This document shows, piece after piece, positions 58,911 to 64,000 of a DNA stretch of 64,000 nucleotides (position 1 is the stretch's first letter; each line of letters starts with the position of its first letter). The notes beneath the pieces were generated by a model. That model was given only the letters and a program-made list of their open reading frames with translations, searched no databases and was not told the DNA's origin. A program made the translations under genes and the position numbers. Source of the stretch: Epithemia pelagica (taxonomy: Eukaryota > Protista > Bacillariophyta); NCBI GenBank assembly GCA_946965045.2, contig OX459761.1, positions 66,747-130,746 of the forward strand. Reading direction: 5' to 3'.

Positions 58911-61900
58911 ATGGAAACTTACACTTATCAAAATAATTTAATTGGGAAAAAACAATTACGTCAATTATTGGCGTGGAGTTTTACAAATTATGATTCAATG
59001 CAAGCTTGTGCTCTTGCAGATGAATTAAAATATTTAGGATTTAGGTATGCTAGTCAAGCTGGAATTTCAATTAGTATTGAAGATCTACGTGTTCCATTTG
59101 TAAAGAGTTTAATGTTAGAAAAAGCTAATCAAGACATTTTAAATTCGGAAAAGATCTATTTAAAAGGAAAAATTACCGATGTTGAACGATTTCAAAAAAT
59201 TATTGATACATGGAGTTTAACGAGTGAATCTTTAAAAGAACAAGTCATATATTATTTTAAAAATTATGACCCATTAAATTCTGTTTACATTATGGCTTTT
59301 TCTGGAGCTCGTGGAAATTTATCACAGGTTCGTCAATTAGTTGGTATGCGAGGTCTTATGTCAGATCCAAGTGGTCAAATTATGAATCTGCCAATTAAGA
59401 AAAACTTTAGGGAAGGTTTAACAATAACTGACTATTTAATGTCAGGATATGGAGCTCGAAAAGGGATTGTTGATACTGCTTTAAAAACTGCAAATTCAGG
59501 TTATTTAACAAGAAGATTAATTGATGTTGGACAAGATATTTTAATTAGAGAAAAAGACTGCTTAACTAAACAGTCTTTTTTATTAAAAATTAACGAAAAC
59601 CAAGATTCAAAATTAATGTATGAGAATCTATTAGGTCGTGTTTTATCTAAATCAATTTTTGATTCTGAAACTAAAGAAAAAATTGCAGATTCAAATACTC
59701 AAATAACTCCAAAATTATTAGAAATCTGTAAACAAAAAAATATTACTGAATTTTACATCCGTTCCCCTTTAACATGTAATCTATATAGAGCTATTTGTCA
59801 GAAATGTTACGGTTGGGATTTAGCTAGTGAAAATCTTGTTGATATTGGCGAAGCAATTGGGATTTTGGCAGGTCAATCCATTGGTGAACCTGGAACTCAA
59901 TTAACAATGCGAACTTTTCATACGGGAGGTATTTTTACATCAGAAGCAAGACAGCAAATTATTAGTCCTGTAAATGGTATTATTCGTTTTTATAAAATGT
60001 TGAAAACCGTTTTATTAAGAACAACCAGAGGTGAAGATGTTTTGATAACCAAAAATTCAGGTTCTATTATTTTAATACCAACAAATAAGACAGAAGAATT
60101 ACAAAAAATTGAGATTTTACGAAATACTATTTTATTCCCAAAGAATAATCAATATATTCCCAAAGATGCTGTTATTGGTGAATTATTAAATACGAATCGA
60201 CAGATTAAAAACGAAATCAAGCCAATTTTAAGTGATACATGTGGAGAAATTGTAATCCCTCGTTTAAAAAAAAAGGTTAATTTACTAAATAATAATAGAT
60301 TAATTTGGATTTTATCCGGACAGCTTTATAATAGTCCAACGAATTCATTTATTAATTTCTATCCAGATTACAAATTAAATCGTTATAGTTATATTTTTAG
60401 AACTAAAATAATTAGTCATGATAAAGGTTTTATAACTTTTATAAATAATAAAAAAGATTTATATCAACGATTACTTAAAATTTCAAAAATTAAATATTCT
60501 TTCAAGAATTCTAATTTAAAACGATTAACAAAACTTACGCAACAAAAAAATTATTTATTAGAGATCCAAAAAAATAAATACTTAATAAAACTTCAAAAAT
60601 CAAATGCAAAAACTTATTTCCAATTATCTAACAATAAGAATCTAGGTACTTTAGTTTCAAATACATTTCGAACTTTAACTGGAGGAATTCTTTATTATAA
60701 TTATCAAAATTCATTAAGATCTAATGAAAAGAATAAATTAATCTCATATAAAAATCGAAATAGTCTTAACTTAAAATATAAATCAATTGCTTCCTATCGA
60801 ACAATTATATGGCTTGGAGAAGAAAGTCACCAAGTAAATTGTGAACCAAGTTTTTTATTAGTAGAAGATGGTGATTTTATATCAGAAAAATTTGAACTTA
60901 TTCCGGGACTTTATTCTAAAACTTCTGGTATTGTTACAATTCAACAAAAAAATAATATTATCCAAACCATTTCAATTAAATCAGGTCTAGTTTATGAAGG
61001 AAAAAAATTTAAGAATACATCAAAAAGAATTTATTATCCTGGTGAGTTAATTTTTTCTAATATTTTTATTAAATCTTTATCATTTTGTGAACAGAGAATT
61101 GGAAAAAATTTAGATCAGTTAATAATTCGCCCAATTGAAATTTATGAATTTCCACATTTAAATAAGAATTTAAAAAAATTGGATACGACTGGCAGTAATT
61201 TATTTGACTCGAAACTTAACTACTCATATAAGCCTAACCAAACTATTAAAGTCTCTAAAAATTTAAATTTAATTTCAAATTTCATCAATTTAAATTTACA
61301 ATTATCGTTAAATAAAAACATTGAAATTGAATTATTTAGAAATACAAAAACAAAACTTATTAATTTAAAAATTAATGAAAAAATTTCTTTAAATAATTAT
61401 TTAGTTCCGCAATTAAGATATAAAAATATTCAATCGTCTTTTTTAGTTCAATCAAATCAGTTTATTGATCAATATTCAATCTTAGGATATTTAGAATCAA
61501 TTACTTCAAATTCATTGGAAATAGTTAAATTTAAATTAAAAAAGAAAAATATAAAACAAATTTTTTTAATTTCAAATAAAGATTGTATCACTGTAGAGAA
61601 AAAACAATTTCCAAATAAAAAACTAAACAATTTTGTTATTAATCCTTTAGATGGGAATATAAGCGGCAAAATTATTATTGAAAATAACAATTTGTTTACT
61701 TTACAAACGGGACGACCTTATTTTTTCCCTAATTGTAAAAATGATAATTCTGTTAATAAGACTATATTGCAGTATAAAGTTATTTCTCCTACTAGGTTTC
61801 TAAATAAACTTGAAACAAATCGAAATTTAATTTTAAATTATCGTAATTTAATCAAATTTTCCGTATCAAAAACTTATAGTTCCGAAAAGTTTTCAAAATC

Positions 61901-63116
61901 GTCAATACCAATTAAAGCAGAATTCTCGAAGTTATTTTTAAAGAAAAATGGGAAATTTTATAGTTGCTTAATGCCTAAATTTTTTAGAAAATTATCAGTG
62001 GATGGTTCTTACGTTAAGAAAAAATATAAAACATTCTTAAACCCAGATGATGTAACCTTACCAACAGTTTCTAAAACATTATTATTACAAAGTTCTGAAA
62101 CTTCAAAAAATCAATATAAATCGAGGAATAAATCTGAATCTACATTGGTTTTAGTTAAATTTTTTGAACATCCGTTTATCAAATCAAGTAAATCAGTTAA
62201 TCTTTATTCAATAACAGAAGATTATTTTGAACAGGAAGTTAATAATGTTTTCTGCAAAAATAATCAATTTATTGAAAGTGGTGAAACAATAGGATTGTTA
62301 AATCTTGAAAAAGAAATTACTGGAGATATTGTCCAAGGTTTACCTAGAATTGAAGAAATTTTAGAAGCACGAAAGAAAAATTTAAGTATTAAAAAAATCC
62401 CAACAAGCCAAAAAAAAGGATTATTAGTTCAACAAACTACTTTAGATCCTAATTTTGAATTTAGAAAATTAGGAACAACTATTAAAGAAAACGATAAAGT
62501 TAACCCTCATAGATTATTAAAAGTATACTTTAATTATTACGGTCTTATTAAAGTGTTTACGTGTGATCGAACAAACACAGTTCAGAAAAATCGATTAATT
62601 CAAAATTATGAAGGTAGTTCCAAAACTTTTAAAAAAGTTCAATTATTTATTTTAAACTCTGTTCAATCTGTTTATAAATCACAGGGGGTTACTATTAATG
62701 ATAAGCATTTAGAAGTTATCATTAAACAAATGACAACCAAAGTTCTAATTACTTTCGAAGGTAATACTCCTCTATTAAGACGTGAAGTAATTGATTTATA
62801 TCATATTCAATATATAAATCAAATTATAGAATCACAAGATAAACAACCAGCCTATTATGTACCACTTCTATTAGGAATTACTAAAGCGGCATTAAATAAT
62901 CCAAGTTTTATTTCAGCAGCTAGTTTTCAAGAAACTACAAGAGTTTTAACAAAAGCGGCAATTGAAGGACGCATTGATTGGTTACGTGGATTAAAAGAAA
63001 ATATTATTATTGGTCATTTAATCCCTGCTGGAACAGGTTCACAAAATTATCGAAATTGTTTTAAACAAAAAAAACCTTTAGAATTAAAATTAGAATCATC
63101 TCTTATTACTACTTAA
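58911..63116 (+). CDS. rpoC2: RNA polymerase beta''
   Basis: GEPGTQLTMRTFH, ASFQETTRVL. Confidence 0.98.
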   Translation: METYTYQNNLIGKKQLRQLLAWSFTNYDSMQACALADELKYLGFRYASQAGISISIEDLRVPFVKSLMLEKANQDILNSEKIYLKGKITDVERFQKIIDTWSLTSESLKEQVIYYFKNYDPLNSVYIMAFSGARGNLSQVRQLVGMRGLMSDPSGQIMNLPIKKNFREGLTITDYLMSGYGARKGIVDTALKTANSGYLTRRLIDVGQDILIREKDCLTKQSFLLKINENQDSKLMYENLLGRVLSKSIFDSETKEKIADSNTQITPKLLEICKQKNITEFYIRSPLTCNLYRAICQKCYGWDLASENLVDIGEAIGILAGQSIGEPGTQLTMRTFHTGGIFTSEARQQIISPVNGIIRFYKMLKTVLLRTTRGEDVLITKNSGSIILIPTNKTEELQKIEILRNTILFPKNNQYIPKDAVIGELLNTNRQIKNEIKPILSDTCGEIVIPRLKKKVNLLNNNRLIWILSGQLYNSPTNSFINFYPDYKLNRYSYIFRTKIISHDKGFITFINNKKDLYQRLLKISKIKYSFKNSNLKRLTKLTQQKNYLLEIQKNKYLIKLQKSNAKTYFQLSNNKNLGTLVSNTFRTLTGGILYYNYQNSLRSNEKNKLISYKNRNSLNLKYKSIASYRTIIWLGEESHQVNCEPSFLLVEDGDFISEKFELIPGLYSKTSGIVTIQQKNNIIQTISIKSGLVYEGKKFKNTSKRIYYPGELIFSNIFIKSLSFCEQRIGKNLDQLIIRPIEIYEFPHLNKNLKKLDTTGSNLFDSKLNYSYKPNQTIKVSKNLNLISNFINLNLQLSLNKNIEIELFRNTKTKLINLKINEKISLNNYLVPQLRYKNIQSSFLVQSNQFIDQYSILGYLESITSNSLEIVKFKLKKKNIKQIFLISNKDCITVEKKQFPNKKLNNFVINPLDGNISGKIIIENNNLFTLQTGRPYFFPNCKNDNSVNKTILQYKVISPTRFLNKLETNRNLILNYRNLIKFSVSKTYSSEKFSKSSIPIKAEFSKLFLKKNGKFYSCLMPKFFRKLSVDGSYVKKKYKTFLNPDDVTLPTVSKTLLLQSSETSKNQYKSRNKSESTLVLVKFFEHPFIKSSKSVNLYSITEDYFEQEVNNVFCKNNQFIESGETIGLLNLEKEITGDIVQGLPRIEEILEARKKNLSIKKIPTSQKKGLLVQQTTLDPNFEFRKLGTTIKENDKVNPHRLLKVYFNYYGLIKVFTCDRTNTVQKNRLIQNYEGSSKTFKKVQLFILNSVQSVYKSQGVTINDKHLEVIIKQMTTKVLITFEGNTPLLRREVIDLYHIQYINQIIESQDKQPAYYVPLLLGITKAALNNPSFISAASFQETTRVLTKAAIEGRIDWLRGLKENIIIGHLIPAGTGSQNYRNCFKQKKPLELKLESSLITT

Positions 63117-63209
63117 GAAGAATCTTGACAAATTATTTAATTTTTAATACTGTTAAATTGTATCTCTAGAAAAAATAATATTTAAAAAAGTTAAGTAATT
63201 TAAAATTTT

Positions 63210-63890
63210 ATGTCTGATATAACTCTCTCACAATTATTAGAAGCCGGTGTTCATTTTGGGCACAAAGCTTATAGGTGGAATCCAAAAATGTTTCCGTATA
63301 TTTATAGTGAAGTTAACAATATTCATATTTTAGATTTAGTTCAATCCGCGACTTTACTAAAGGAAGCAAATACTTATGTAGAAGACGCGGCAAGAAATGG
63401 AAAAACATTTTTGTTTATTGGAACAAAACGTCAAGCTAGTACTTTAATTGCTCAAGAAGCAAAACGTTGTGATTCATTTTACGTAAATCATAGATGGTTA
63501 GGTGGTATGCTTACCAATTGGACAACATTAAAAGAACGAATTACATATTTAAAAAATCTTGAACAACAAGAAGCCGATAATACATTTTCTTTATTAACAA
63601 AAAAAGAAGCAACGTTACGTCGAAAGGAATTAAAAAAATTACGTCAACATTTGGACGGAATTAAAACAATGGTAAACTTACCTGACGTTGCTATTGTAAT
63701 TGATCAAAAAAGAGAAATGACAGCAATTCGTGAATGTAAAAAATTAGGAATACCGATTGTTTCAATTTTAGATACAAATTGTGATCCTGATTTAGTAGAT
63801 ATACCAATTCCAGGTAACGATGATGCAGTAAGATCTATAAAATTAATTTTAAAATCATTAACGGATAGTATTATTAAAGGTAAATTATAA
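63210..63890 (+). CDS. rps2: 30S ribosomal protein S2
   Basis: [16 protein letters not shown]. Confidence 0.98.
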   Translation: MSDITLSQLLEAGVHFGHKAYRWNPKMFPYIYSEVNNIHILDLVQSATLLKEANTYVEDAARNGKTFLFIGTKRQASTLIAQEAKRCDSFYVNHRWLGGMLTNWTTLKERITYLKNLEQQEADNTFSLLTKKEATLRRKELKKLRQHLDGIKTMVNLPDVAIVIDQKREMTAIRECKKLGIPIVSILDTNCDPDLVDIPIPGNDDAVRSIKLILKSLTDSIIKGKL

Positions 63891-64000
63891 AAATTTTATT
63901 AAGGTGTTACAAAATACAAAAAAAAAAATAAAATTTAGCTGATCGTTAAGATTATTAATAGAATAAAGTCTTAAGTTCGGTTTTCTAAAAGTTTTAAAGA

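Noticed and set aside
52538-63116. Long low-complexity Lys/Asn-rich insertions in RpoB, RpoC1 and RpoC2
   Set aside because: No intein (C...HN) or intron signatures; such expansions are usual in diatom plastid polymerases.

Overview
64 kb of a diatom (probably pennate) plastid genome: one rRNA operon (minus strand) followed by ordinary red-lineage plastid genes (psa/psb/pet/atp/rpo/rpl/rps, ycf89, ycf90, ycf41, cbbX, chlI, dnaB, tmRNA, ffs, about 20 tRNAs). The accessory DNA is the notable part. (1) psaA and psbB are each split by a group IIB intron with an intact RT-maturase-HNH protein. (2) Both introns, which are divergent from each other, also carry non-IEP cargo ORFs from one family of 120-130 aa Gly/Ala/Cys-rich proteins with the motif D-x2-C...PG-x10-[IV]S-x-[GT]C-x2-F-x3-C. 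In psaA the cargo is a 3-ORF cassette inside domain I; in psbB it is one ORF in domain IV. Each cassette is bracketed by long A-tracts and enclosed by an inverted repeat. (3) Two decayed copies of the same family lie tail-to-tail next to the 5S rRNA gene. (4) The SRP RNA gene ffs is duplicated as a 103-bp direct repeat flanking a small island with a tRNA-like remnant and orphan ORFs. All calls were made by eye; no database search was possible, so the novelty of the cargo family is unverified.
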